A stretch of DNA of 56,600 nt, filler included, from Circinaria calcarea (lineage: Eukaryota): NCBI GenBank assembly GCA_051942165.1. It is 4 parts of 4 records of this genome, joined end to end, with 100 filler letters (N's around TTAATTAATTAA, not from the genome) between each part and the next. Parts side by side here need not be neighbours in the genome. Positions count along the whole stretch, not along the records: positions 1 to 14,094 come from JAVECS010000455.1; positions 14,195 to 28,284 come from JAVECS010000456.1; 2 more parts are not named here. One strand, 5' to 3'. Position 1 is the first letter of the stretch. The number at the start of each line of letters is the position of its first letter. Shown here in pieces: positions 11,900 to 26,994 of the stretch. The notes below the pieces were generated by a model. The model did no database searches. It had not been told where the DNA came from and saw only the letters and a program-made list of their open reading frames with translations. A program made the position numbers and the translations under genes.

Positions 11900-13625
11900 A
11901 TGACCGACTCTCCAGCTTTCAATGTGCCCTTGGATCCTTCGGAACAACCCATTCTTAACAGCGTACTGTACATCCGAGATCAACTATCCTTGCTCAAGCA
12001 AGATAAGTCTACATACATCAGGTCGCATGATGTCTTCAGCCTCTACGATCAAGTGGTGAAGCAGGTTCATCTGCTGAATGACTTGCGAAAAGAACGTGGG
12101 AAACCATTGGAGCAGAACAGAGGTTCGGAACATGCCCGCTACGAAGACCCAAGGGAAGAAGGGCATGAGTTGAGTGCACTACTTACTCATTCCTCTAGTG
12201 GACTATGTCTTGGATGACTGTTTCCAGCTTATATCGCTGTTCTTCCTGACAATTGGCCGTAACAATGAAGCCCCGGCAATGTAAGCTGTTATCTAAGGAT
12301 ACTGAGAAAGAACGCCTATGCTGATTGCTCTCCAAGATACTCCATGACTTCAACGATCAAGGTACCCTTTACATAAATCAGTCAGCTCTACCTCCACACT
12401 TACATACTTCAGCGACTACTGGATCACCTGAAGGAATGTGGACTTTTCTGTGCCAAGGATCTCGATTCGATCAATCATACATTTGACAAAATGCGAGAAA
12501 CCCTGAACCGAGGCAAGGAAACATATTCTCCACATATCCTGACGCTCCTCAAGAACCGGTTAGACACTTGTCACAAGACCCTTGAAGAACTGAAAGCTTC
12601 TGTCGCGGATATATCACCTGAGCTTACTCCGGTACATGAAAAGTTGATTTCAATTTTACGGTCTCTAGCTGCAGCGAATACTCGATCAAAGGTCTTACAA
12701 GTTCGGTAGACGTCCTATGTCATCTGCTGATCTAAAGTAATAGTTCCCCAAAGGAGAAGTATTAGACTTCAAGGATCAGCTCTTGCAGATTCAAGAAACC
12801 ATGGTCGATGGGAATTTTCTTGGACCAGATAAAACAGTTCTGCCACAGCAACAGCTTGTCAAAGACCTTCTCTTTCGGTGCTTGATGTGGGCCGATATAG
12901 TCCTTGAGCGGTACTGTCGTCAGTAATTACGACCTCAAGCTTTCAAGCTAATTTCTCAAAGGCAGGGCAGCATAAATGAGGGCTTCAAGGGAGTCTATGA
13001 CAAACTCATTGAAATTCGAAACCACTTAGAGCGGCTCTCGTTGACACAAGCTTGGTCTCTCCGAGAAACGGATCTCTATAGCTACCAGCGCCAGCTTGAT
13101 AGAATTGACGAGTCTCGTATCGATGGAAACTTCCAAGACGCTCAGGGAAACAAAGCAGACTTGCATGATCAACGGGTACGAAGATGGAGATTCCCGCATA
13201 CTTGAGCTTTCTGACTTTACGACAGACATTATTGTACCTAATTCGGCGTAGCTACGCACTGATTTATCTGCTAATAGTAGCGTCGGAGCCGGTTTCTGAA
13301 GCCTTGCTTCCTATTTTCAATCAACTGCAAACGCTCAAAAGATGTCTACTTGAAGTAAAGAGATCCGGTGGAGTCTCTTCACCTAGGGAGCTGTACCCGT
13401 ACAGCATGAAGGCACGTCATACATCCTCTGTCCAAGCTAGCAATCGAACCAAGCTCACCGTACTAGTTGAATTCAATCGATAACATGCGAATCGATGGTA
13501 AGTTTCTGGTCGGATCTGATATCCCAGAAGGACAAGGAAGCGTCAATGCTTTGCTGGCGGAGTGTTTCGACCTCGCTTACGAGCTAAGGGTTGAGGCCGA
13601 GGAGCGCGTCGATGATTCTGATTAG
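11900..13625 (+). CDS. DUF2408 / UPF0662 protein (yeast Cub1/YPL260W-like); multi-exon
   Basis: IRDQLSLLKQDKSTYIRS, VDYVLDDCFQLISLFFLTIGRNNEAPA, SLTQAWSLRETDLYSYQRQL, SEPVSEALLPIFNQLQTLKRCLLEVK, SPRELYPYSMK|LNSIDN, DIPEGQGSVNALLAECFDL. Confidence 0.88.
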
Positions 13626-14094
13626 GCATAACTGTACAAAAGACTCGGATCATTGGCGTGACAAGACGTTCGGGGAACTGGGTGCGGACCATACGAAAAT
13701 TGGCAGGCGGTACTAGGCGTTCGAGGTCTCAAAGTCCATTGTATATCCTATGGCCGGCCGCGGTGTTTACGAGGGATATGTACAGAAGTCCTCCCGTTTC
13801 TTTTCTACTAGAATGCACTACGACACCAGTCAACAAGAATGTATTTGAATTCCCGGCAATGCAGATGCTCGGAATACAGGCCGCATTCCGATTTCTATGG
13901 TTGTTTTTCAAACTGACGTGCTGCATGGCCACGATGATTGTAATCACGAGGAACGAGAATCACCATGAGGGGCCCAGTTAGAAAGTTTCGTAGTAAATAT
14001 AACCATCACCCTTGCCAATTTCCCACCCATAAACCTCTCATCTCTAGGTATCTTTCCCGACAACCAAAAACATAATCAATGGCCCCCCTCCCCC

Positions 14095-14194
14095 NNNNNN
14101 NNNNNNNNNNNNNNNNNNNNNNNNNNNNNNNNNNNNNNTTAATTAATTAANNNNNNNNNNNNNNNNNNNNNNNNNNNNNNNNNNNNNNNNNNNN
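14095..14194. other. Assembly linker/gap (N44-TTAATTAATTAA-N44)
   Basis: Ns flanking an all-frame stop linker; identical at all three gaps. Confidence 0.97.
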
Positions 14195-15213
14195 TTCTTT
14201 CACTGGATCTGATGGGGTTGGGGTTGGGGTTCCATTTTACTCGGATTACACATGCGCACTACATACACATACACACCATAACCATAAATGTGAAATTAAG
14301 ATTGTAAAAACGTGGGGCGGGTATGATTATGATTACCAAGTTCCTTTATGTTACTTTTTTGGGGAAAAAAAAAGGGCTGTGTCGAACTAATTGATGGGTG
14401 ATGCTCAGAAGGAGAGGGGTGGAGAGGATTGGAAGAATGGATGGAGAATGGAGATGTGTGGTTTTTTTGGGGCTGGACGGAAGCTCCAACGATATAGACT
14501 ATTACTAGCTACCATGTTTCTATAGAAATCTGAATCTTTTTGACCGGGGCCAACCCAGAACATTCCTCCCTCCCTCCCATCCCATCCATCCCCCCCTTTC
14601 TGAGCACCTTCCTCCTTCATTGTTGGAGTTGGACCGTGGGCAGATAAACTATTAGGTCCCCCCCTTTGAGTGTTTGGCATGGGGGGGAGCGAAATGAGCC
14701 CAAGTGTGTTATGCGGTGAAATTTGGATACTTTCTGTATTGCTGCTATCTAGTGGTTTCTAATGTGTAGTATTTCCTCACCGGGAAGTTCCGGAGGGACC
14801 CCCGTGACAAAGTGTGTCAATAGTCAAGGGGACTGGAGTGCCTCTAACAGAGCAGACTGTAAGTTTGCCAGATTAAATGTCTTTTACAAGCTTGGGCGGT
14901 TTCCGGTAGCTACAATGCATAATCAGCCTCTGGAGACCGGGTTTCGAGTCAATCGGAGAGGAGAGTAGGGCACCCTAATCGCACAACGTAGTAAGTTCCT
15001 CACTCTCGCTCCTTTGCAGAAGAGAGAGTCGGATGCTGAAGCCCTGATTTGTACACGACCGCGCACTTATGGTTATTTTTGTCGTTATTGGAGGTTCGTT
15101 CAGGTATGATGGTCCTCCGTAAGCGGTAAACCGGTAGGGTAAGAACGTTTCTCCGTCAATATCCTCCTACTCACCATGTAGACAGACTTCTCCAGAGGGA
15201 ATGGCACCCGATT

Positions 15214-16509
15214 TCAACTGGGACCGATCTCAAGACCTTCCATTCTCCTAGTTAGGGTCGGACTACCAGCTTCTTCGTCAATTCCCACTTCAATCTCTAT
15301 CTTCGGTCTGTTCTTGTTGAGACCTTCGAGAAGCATACATGCTTTGCATATCTCTTGACTGGAGAGATAGCCGCATCGGACACATTGGCCCATTGTTTGC
15401 TTTGGTAATTTCCTGGACTTTCTTGCTTTTCTCATATTCTCGGTATTGGGTTCCCTCCGGTTGTTCTGAATCTGCCCCTTCAACTTAGATATCGTGATCT
15501 CGGTTTCCCGAGTTTGAGCTTCTTCGCCGGCTCGTAGAATATTTTCCATGTGAGCCATTTCGCCACCACTAGATCGCCCATTGGCACTACCACATCCTCC
15601 TGTTCCTTCCTCTTCCCCTTCAATAACAAGCACGTTCGTGGGGCCTCCCGCATTACCGCCTCTAGCACGTCCGCTCACTTCTTCCGGGACTAGCTTTGCC
15701 ATATCCTCTCCACTTCGTACCACATCAAGTATCGCGCTCGGTCGGACTCGCTCCAGGTTCTTGATCAATGTCCTTGCGCTCCCTCTGAACGCCTCGGGGC
15801 TGTAGATACACTCGGTGCTGAAATAATCCAATCCTTTATGATGTGCATAGAGCACAATCTCCTTCTCGTAAGCGTACTTGAGCGGTTTACTCCTCTTGAT
15901 CTCGCTTGCCGCGCTCGCTGTGACGATACTTGTTGCCCTTGCTAACCTAGGTAGATCGCCTCGCAGTAGATTCATCATGACCGTCTCTGCGATATCGTCT
16001 GCATTGTGCCCAGTAACCACATGTTTGATACCCAGTTGAGCAGCCCCCCGGTCCAACGCTTGCCGGCGAAAGACACCGCAGTATGTACAGTTCCCCTTCT
16101 TGCCCACCTGTTCGACCACCTGATCCATTGTCCATCCGTAGAGCTGGTCATAGCCGACGATTTCGAGGGGCATCGAGTATTGAGCCGCATTTCGCTTGAC
16201 AGTCTCCAGGCTATCGTCGCGATAGCCCTTGATGCCTTCATCAATCGACAGCAAGACGAGATTCAGACCATAATTGTAGCGCTCATTCAGGGTCTTCAAG
16301 ACAGAAGCTAAGACGGTAGAGTCCTTTCCTCCGGATGCACCAATGGCAATTCGCTCGCCGGGATGGAAAAGGGAGTTAGTTGTAATGGTGTTGTGTATTT
16401 CGGTTTCGAAGATTGTGATGAAGCAGGCCTTGCATAATGGCTGGTGGTTTTTGGGCCGGATGACGAGGGCACGGGAAGTGGTGCAAAGGGCGCAAGCCGT
16501 AGGTGCCAT
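15214..16509 (-). CDS. NCS6: Cytoplasmic tRNA 2-thiolation protein 1
   Basis: Intronless 431-aa ORF with N-terminal CxxC pairs, PP-loop [41 protein letters not shown] and C-terminal [16 protein letters not shown]. Confidence 0.96.
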   Translation of the reverse strand: MAPTACALCTTSRALVIRPKNHQPLCKACFITIFETEIHNTITTNSLFHPGERIAIGASGGKDSTVLASVLKTLNERYNYGLNLVLLSIDEGIKGYRDDSLETVKRNAAQYSMPLEIVGYDQLYGWTMDQVVEQVGKKGNCTYCGVFRRQALDRGAAQLGIKHVVTGHNADDIAETVMMNLLRGDLPRLARATSIVTASAASEIKRSKPLKYAYEKEIVLYAHHKGLDYFSTECIYSPEAFRGSARTLIKNLERVRPSAILDVVRSGEDMAKLVPEEVSGRARGGNAGGPTNVLVIEGEEEGTGGCGSANGRSSGGEMAHMENILRAGEEAQTRETEITISKLKGQIQNNRREPNTENMRKARKSRKLPKQTMGQCVRCGYLSSQEICKACMLLEGLNKNRPKIEIEVGIDEEAGSPTLTRRMEGLEIGPS

Positions 16510-19500
16510 AGTATATCATAGAGAAGCAATCAACATAACTGTACCGATGTTTGAGCCTTTGCACCGAGCCGCACGGGGAGAAACCAAGAGCCCTCTACGT
16601 ATTCTAGAGAGTAGCATGCGCTTCGCTTCACAGGGCTGTACTCCGTAGGCGCGCTCCACGGTTATATGTTCTCCCCATCCGCCCTCAAAGTTACGCCCTT
16701 GATCACTTTATACTGGGGATCGGCTCAGGCATTGGATTCTATAGATTCTTTGCTAATCGGAAAACCTGTTCTGTACAATAATTGTCATTGTATTCTATCC
16801 ATTTCCAAAGACTGTCATGCCCAGTTTCCACCCTTCAAACAGAGTTACGATATACCCCCACATCCTGAGCCATGGAAACTGGAGGTACGGACGAGACCAG
16901 ATAGTGGTTTCATCCGAGGTGATTGAAGCGATATCAAATGCATGCAGGATGCTTTTCTCATCAAGTAGGATCCAATGACGCTATCGTCCAAAGTTCAAGA
17001 CGAATCAATTCCATTCTCCATGTACAACCTCGTGGTTTGTGACTCACCTTTGACTCTATTTTCGAAGCACCAAACTGGGCAGCATCAGTGCTCCTTGGTC
17101 TCGTGTGCTTGCTCTAGTAACAAGGCTTCCCGGCCGATTATCTTTTCTCCGGAACCGTGACACTGACATGTGGGGGGAGAGTATTCAAGCCTAACATTGC
17201 GTTTAGCCGGGTTAGCTACATCTCATTCTTGCCCTCTCATAGATGCCCATTGAAACACGCTGATATTGCGAGCTCAATTGTTCCTTGCAATTGGATAGCT
17301 TCTCGTGCAGATCAAGACTCCGATGTGCCCGCCAGAAGACTGTGCTTACCGGTTAGTGTACTCGTCGATGTTCTCCTTTTCCTCCTCCTCCCTCGATCAA
17401 TATCAATGGGCGCTTGGCGTCCCAAGATGTCTTACTCCCTTGCGACGCCTTCAGTGGGTTATCGACGCAGACATCAACAAGAGTATGCAGACCAGTTCTA
17501 ATTGGAGGCCATGTAAGTATAATGTGACCGGCGGCGAGAATCTGGACTTTGCAACTATCTGGTACACCTTGTTAGCCAATACCTATTCGACATGGTCAGT
17601 GCAGGACGTGTGTAACGCTCCCTTACTCAAGGAGGGTAGCTTTGGCCTATCTGGTCCGAGTACCGTATGACTATATCTGACGAGTACCGAGTTTCGAATA
17701 TACGACCTGCGAGCAATAAACTTGATTAGGGGCTCAAGCCTTGCGTCACACGTGTCTTCCATAGTGTCTAATTTTAGTAGAGTACCTCTATGCTACCATG
17801 TTATTCTCTGGAGCTCTCCTACCTGTATGTCAACTGAGACTTGCTTGAGCTCAGACACTTTACTGGTTTCACGAGAAGATAGAGTTCCATGTGCCATGTC
17901 CACTCAATCTATTACTGATTCGGCAAGGCTGAATAGGGTAATAGGATCGCTATTACCAGGCTGCTCATCGGTATTGTTGGTTGTCACTGTGACTGTGATC
18001 GAAGGGCTGCTCGCCGCTATAAATCCAGTAGCGTACCAGTCAAATACGCATCTTCAATGCCAAGGGTGAAGGCTTACCATATAAATATCGACCCGGCTGC
18101 GCGTAATGTCCGATCATGTGCTCGATCCCTGTTGTGGCAACACCCCCGCCCAATGTTCAACAACGCAATTCTTTATGAATTGCCAAGTCGGCCATACGAC
18201 AAACAGCAGTAGGGATTGTTTACGAAAGAGTCTGAGTTCGCCGCGCTCCCCGCAGGCGCAAGCCCGGCAGGCTCGGCAGATTCAAGTTTGACATGACCAC
18301 TGCCTGACGACAGAGGTATCAGCGTTGTGGTACAGTCTTTTGCCTCCTGTAGGAGATTCTGTTACCGACCAAGCAACAACTTCGTAGGTATGTTATAAGG
18401 AGGTGTGGAGCTGTCTAAATGGTAAACTTTAACTGTTATTCTGCCTATGAGTCGGCCGGTAGGGAATTGGGCAGCTACTAAAGCATACTGGGTCTTCTCC
18501 AGGCCGATCCCATAGCGGTTGGGATTACAATGAAAGAAATCCGTGGTGAGTCATAGACGGTTGAGATAGGATGGTCAGCCATTTAGTAATGTGGAGGAAT
18601 AAACTGAGATTTAAGCTGTAGAGTGCTGACAATGGTCTTTACTTCTGATTGAGTAGACACATCGGCCCACAATCTTCGATAGGTGAAATCGGCAGGATAT
18701 GTCACAGAACGGTGTGCGCGCCAAAAGAAACCTTATTACATATTTTCACTTATCTGCCACAACAGTATATCAGATTGTGGTTTTCACGTGCAGCTAGCTG
18801 CGAGAGCAATTATGCATGGGATCGTGCAAATTGCTGAAACAAAGTGGGTAGATACAGGATTCGGTGCGAAGGCTGGGAATTTTTGAGCATGGAGCGAGCG
18901 ATAATGGACGAATTTGGCCTAGAGTACCAACTATATATAGCGGTTATCGGCCTTCCATAGGATTATTGTTCTGTTGCATCTGATGCGAAGCACATTGCTG
19001 CCATAGTATCTAGTTTATCTATTCTCTTGCTTGCATCTGTTCCATGTGTGTGATAGATGCCGACAAATCTACCGACGTGTACCGTGTAAGGAGACACTAG
19101 TGGACATGAGCTAAGCCCGCGAAATAGCTGAAAGGTCGTACGGGTCATGGTCATGGCATGGGAATGTCATTTCCACCTAATGTATCTGCAAACTAGTCGT
19201 GTGTACCGTCGAGCGGGGCCGTTGAAGGCTGCGAAGCGTATTTTGCCGGACTTTTCGTTTGTAGGACGGCGGCTCATGGCTATCGGATAGAGTATGGTAA
19301 CGTGGGGAAGGTAGAAAAGTCGCAACCGTGCTTCAAGCCTCGTAAGATTGGACGCATTAGAACTGCTAAGCTATTCAAAGCAGGTGTTCAAGATCCGTCA
19401 AGTGTTCTCGCCGAGTCTCCTTAATTCGCCTTCGAGTCTGTGGGAGAGATTGAGCCCATACTCCCGGAAAAGTCAGTGGCGAAATGCTCGAGGCCGTTAT

Positions 19501-22500
19501 GTGTTTTCGTACCAAGTCTAAAATGTCTATTTATTAATATTCCCACTATCTCTACTAATCCCTTTGGTCTCCGTCCGTCCTGGCATCAGTGCTGGGAGTC
19601 ACCTTGGAGTTTGGCTCATCCAATACATTTAAGAACCAGTTCAACTGTCGATGAAACGGTCTCTTGACTATTAGAAACGCTTCAAGTGCACCATGTAGCC
19701 TCGAGAAACGGGAATCATCTAGGGTAACAGAGGCCTGCGCGTAACCAAAAGCCGAGGGAAGGGGGAAAAGAAAACTCAACACTATAGTAAAGGATACTTG
19801 AATTCGCAAGACAGCTCTCACCCGCGCCCCCAAACACCACTAACAGGAACCGAATCTATCGACGGCAAGCCCCACTCTTAGGGTGGACTCGATTGTGGAA
19901 AACACCACACGGCACTCTCGTACTGTATGAACGGCCTGAATATAAACCCCCTGGTCGTTCCAAGAGGAAGATGTTCCGTGATCCCCGGATCTGCAGATTG
20001 TCAGCAGGGATCATCCCGTGGTCTGGATCTCCCGTCCCGTCTTTCGCTTCCCCGCAATATCGATCTAATCGCCATTTGACCGGTCCTCATTGGTGCATCA
20101 TTGGAAATCCGCGACCGAGACTCCATACTGTGGTATACACTGGCAGACCAGGGGAAACGTCTACAGTCCCATTTCACATAAGAACTTTGTACTAGCTATT
20201 ACTGACACAGCAGCACGGAGTGTTTGAACAACACCCTTTCCGCTCAATGCAGGTGTCAGACGCGGGGACTCGCGATGCAGTCATGCAACCAGCTGCACAC
20301 AGCTGCCCACCTTACGTGGAGATCGCGTTGCAAGTTTACAGTAGCTTACTCATGGCGCTTCCACCTGTTCAACCGCCCACAAGTCCCACGGGATGCAGCG
20401 GGTGTGATCGGGCATAAACTTACCACACAACAATAGGAAATTAAGTGATTCGTTCCCCCAGTGAAGGACAAACGGTGGTTCGGTCAGTTGCCGCGAAAAG
20501 ACGTTGGACTCGCACAATCGCTACTTATCTTGCCAAGGCTTTTCTCCTAGACGACGTTGTAAGATACACACCTAGCGAGGATCGTGGAACTCTAAGCGGT
20601 CAAGGTACCCCGTAGGCGCTTAGTTTTGTCCAGTACAGAGGACCAGTCCATGAGTACCAAATACATAGACCGTTAGTCTGCCGAACGGTGATGTGTTTTT
20701 GCGGATATGTACCTGTACCTACACCTGACCGCCAATCACAAATTTAATAATGTCATCTTCCTTGCCGTGAGAGAGGCACCTCTCCTATGGGTCTTGTTGA
20801 ATGCCGCGCGAATTGCTTGGAGTTGAGCTATGGTCGTGCTCTTGCATGATCCTGAATCACACTGTTCTTGGAATCATCATGGGGGATTGTGGCGACAAAA
20901 TCTACATTTGAAGTCATCAGCTATTCATAGGCTGATACGCAAAGGCCGCTTCTGGAAACACCCATCTTTCCGGCAGTTGCGCATCTCGATGCCCATCCTG
21001 ACCAAAAGGGACATTCACACATCTGTGCTCTTTGCTCAAACAGCATCTCGGAATGGGGACGCTAGATTTTCATGGATCGGTTATCTCACCCGGTGCCGGA
21101 TATCGCTTCGTTTGCCCTATCGATCCAAGATTTCATCACGCCAAGCGGATAAGACTGGAATACGGACAACTCAAAGGTACGGTAAAGGCTCCTGATTTAC
21201 CAAGGATTATCAGCAGGAGAAGGAAACTATGACATCCGTCACACTAACCTCGTCCTAGTTCCCCTTGACCGGTTCGTTATATAAGCTTGCATGTAGTGCT
21301 CTCGAAGCATTGGTTCAAGCGGACGTTTATCGCTCACGAACCGTTTCGTCATGCCTGGATATTTCCCTCTCCAATACAAGCTGCTTCTGCTCCTTAGCAG
21401 CTGGAGGTACATGGTCTGGGATAGCCTGTGGACCAATCGGCTGGAATTGTCGTTGCTCTAAGCGAGGCATGCAGGTAAGACGCGTATGCAGGTCGGCATT
21501 TGGGACAAGAACCGGGGGGATTCAAGACACGAGACAAGTTCATCGGCATTTTGACATCGGATAGTCGCAGACGGTCGCATGTATATTGTCTGCTCCCATA
21601 ACATGTCGTGCAGACCCCTACTTTTGTCCGATCGTTCGGCGCGAAAGGCAGCCGCCCAGTGGCCCAAATTGATCGAAGCTTGATCGAATCAGCTTCGGTG
21701 AATAGGGGGGTAAAGTAGTTGGTCTTTTGTAACTACCGATGCTGCAAATCACGAAACAATCGACGTAATTCCGGATGATGTTTGATTCGCCCAAGTCACA
21801 TCTGTGGCGTCTTGCTGCAGCTCACTCCGTAACTGCTGACAGTGCAACAAGGATTGATTGCGCCCCAATCACGTCTGCCGCATTCCATCATGCTTACGCT
21901 GCCAATCGACAGCTAAGGGACGATTGAAAGCATAGATTGTTAAGGGTCTGACCTTGGCACTGCTTCTCGAGATTAGCCAATAGAGTTACACGACATCTCC
22001 ACATCTGGCTTAGGGCAAGCCACGGCAAGCAAAGGTTCGAGGGACTGCACGAGCTAGAATAGTTGAAGTGGGCATCGAAGCTCTGCAACACACCGCGATA
22101 GTCCCCAAGTAAGAGGAAAGTGTGTGGCCGTAGTCGGTATTTAGCTAGGCCTTGCAACCACTACAAGTAAGATTCGCAGCCCTCTTCTTGCTAGGGTTCT
22201 CCGGACTATCTAGTGAGAGATCTGGGTTTCCGAACTCGTATAGGATCGCTGTCGAGGATGGATGAAATCGGACAAGGCCGTCAGGCGCAAAGATGACCAT
22301 GCTGGAAAGAGGAAGCTCCACCTCCCCTTCCGTTTCCCATCAGCATCAGGGTACGTATCCATCTGCCTCGCACACCTCGGACGCAGTGAGAAGTGAGGCA
22401 GCAGCCGTGTTCGAAGGGGTCAGGTATTTTTAGGCATGGAGCATGGAACCTGGGGAGTGTCCGACCGCGCTCCCGCTCGATCTGCATCAGCCTTGGACCC

Positions 22501-23299
22501 GGGGCCAGGGCCAGAGGCAGAGACAGCGTTCCACATAGAGTACCTAGACAGTCGCGGCATTGGGAACTGGCGTCAGGTCAGGTCAGGTCAGGCAGGGAAA
22601 GCAAGCACTAAAGGAGAGGGAAAAGTGGCTCGCTGCGGAGGAGAACAGGAGTAGCTGGTGGTCACTGTCGAGGCCTACAAGGCTTATGACACACATACCA
22701 TACCGTTGAATCTATATTCCATTCACGGCCGAGTCCGTTATCCGTAGACCGTATCCGGATTTTACGTACTCGCTCCCTCAAGCTTCAGGGGGATCCACTC
22801 CAAAGTTCCTTGGGAGCACTTGCCGGCTTACATGGCGGAGCTTCGGCCGGCGGGGGAGGGCAAAGAAAGGATAGGAAACCTTGGGGACCGTCTTCTGCTG
22901 GAAGGTTTCCAAGGCCCAAGGCTAAATTAATCAATTCGAAGCTTCGAAACTCAAGCGTCGAGACTAGAGCGAAGATAAGGGCCGAGCAGCTTAGTGTCCT
23001 GATCTAGCGAGGAGCTACGGTACATGTGTCCATGGAAACGATGGCGTGTAGATTCCTCGCTCGAGGTCGTGACCCCGTGGTTCACCATCCACTGCAGCAC
23101 CGGAACACTCCAAGCTGTCAGGCGGCGCACTGACATTCCAAAAGGCATTTCGGGTCATCCTGATTCAAGTGGTGGACGATGGCTGGCCGTACCTGACAGT
23201 AGGCCTGTCAATCAAGCCAGCTTGCCCGCCATCGGTGGATTCAGTGGGCAGAACTGACAGTCGGACTCACTGTACAATGGCAGTCGGAATCGTACTGGA

Positions 23300-24858
23300 G
23301 AGGCGTCTTTAAAGGGCGGGAGGCCACCACGAACCCAAACTCCCCCCCCCTTTCTTTTCTTCCTGAACCGCCTACTGGGAAGATTACCATTGCAGAGCTC
23401 CTTCCTCAGCGAATACTAAGAAGCTAGAGCTTGCTGGGTCGTGACCTTGTCCTGGAGGTTGACCCTTCCCGCCCTGGCTCACGTCAATCTTTTTCAATTA
23501 AACATCCGCAAGCATATAGTACTGCACTCTCGGCCGTCAAAGTGCGTTGCCAACGTGCTTTACATGATACTTGCCGTTCGCTCGTTGTTGCAGCACCAAG
23601 CGCATTATATCTATCCATCATTCTCAAACCATAATCGTAATTAATCCTCAATCTATTCTCCATCCTCCCCAGTCCAGCTATCCGCCTTACGACCACCAGC
23701 CACAGCTCCAGCTCCAGCTCAGAGTCGCAGATTCGAGAGGGTAAATTGCTCTCCCTCGACGCTTGCTTGCATCGGGATCGAGCTGAGACGAATCAGCGTG
23801 CAGGAGCGATACCAACAACCTACCGGATCTTCATTCGGCTTGCTGCGAGGCTTTTTGGCGTTCGCTGCCATCCGATCTTTGCTTCAGAGCAGCTTGCTGT
23901 CACTCGACCCCCCCCCCGCAATTCCTACTGGCGCCCCCTGCAAGCCATCGCAGCAAACGGACACAGGCGAAGAGTCCAAGCAGAGGCCACAAGGGAAAAC
24001 GGGCAGGGAAGCGCTTTATATTGCTCCAACCAGATCGGTGCGCCTACAAGATCCATACCGTCCGAACAGCGACAATTTCAAAACCGACGCGGTCCCTACG
24101 TCTCGGCTTTCGATCAACGTGCCAACCTGCCCCCCCGGCTCGCTCCTGTTAGATCCTCCCCCGGGAATTGGGTCTCGACGAAGCTATTTCGTCGCATCCG
24201 CATCGGTAACTGCATGATCGAAAGAGGATCGATCCCAGAATCGCCAACATTACCACTGTCCGGCGCCCCATCCGATTCTGCTGCTCTCGCTGCTGCAGAA
24301 GTCAGGACGGAGGACGCTGCCTGAAGCTGCGCACTCGACCGATATCCCTCCGTTCCAGCTGCTGCTCAATCGACGTTGCATCTGAATGCGTCCGGTGCTG
24401 CATCCGTGCCATCGGCATTAAGGTTGGATATTTGGGAGCACTCTGGGGGAGCTTGATTATCTATCTAGCCGACAATCCATTCTTACCAGAACCTGTCATC
24501 ACTCCACTTGTGCCGACAGAACCAGAAGCCCTCAGGGATCATATACCACCCATTGTGGTCGCTACGCACCTGCCCCCCCTTCAAATAACGGTTCAAAGCG
24601 ATTGGTTTTGCTTCTTCCTTCTGCTGCTCCTTCTCCTCGTTGCGGCCCGAACCTTTTATTATTATCGACTTTATTCCCCTCGTGTCATATTAACTTTGTA
24701 CCACCTCGCCTATTCCCTCCAAGTCGTCAATAACACCCACCACTGCTGCTCGATTTCTCCGCCTCCGTTGTCGAGTCACTGGGTGTTTCGCTACTTCACG
24801 TCCGCATTGTTGCTGTTGCCGGTGTGGTTGTACTCGGAAAGGATTTCGGTGTAACGAG
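23300..24858 (+). promoter_or_regulatory. Probable long 5' leader of the C2H2 TF gene, with three uORFs (23564-23644, 24214-24324, 24386-24421)
   Basis: TTTAAA plus a CT-rich tract at about 23308-23365. Only three ATGs on the + strand in ~1.5 kb before the main ATG. Confidence 0.45.

Positions 24859-26994
<2,136 letters not shown>

Noticed and set aside
14139..14150. TTAATTAATTAA palindrome repeated three times as a biological motif
   Set aside because: Always centred in N runs; an artificial all-frame-stop linker.
14400..15200. Possible ncRNA (U2-like GTGTAGTAT, MRP-like GGGCTCAT) or small ORFs
   Set aside because: Only short isolated matches without the flanking conserved sequence; ORFs lack coding character.
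23746..24854. 192-, 139- and 140-aa ORFs upstream of the TF
   Set aside because: All start at non-ATG codons and have no domain features; better explained as leader sequence.
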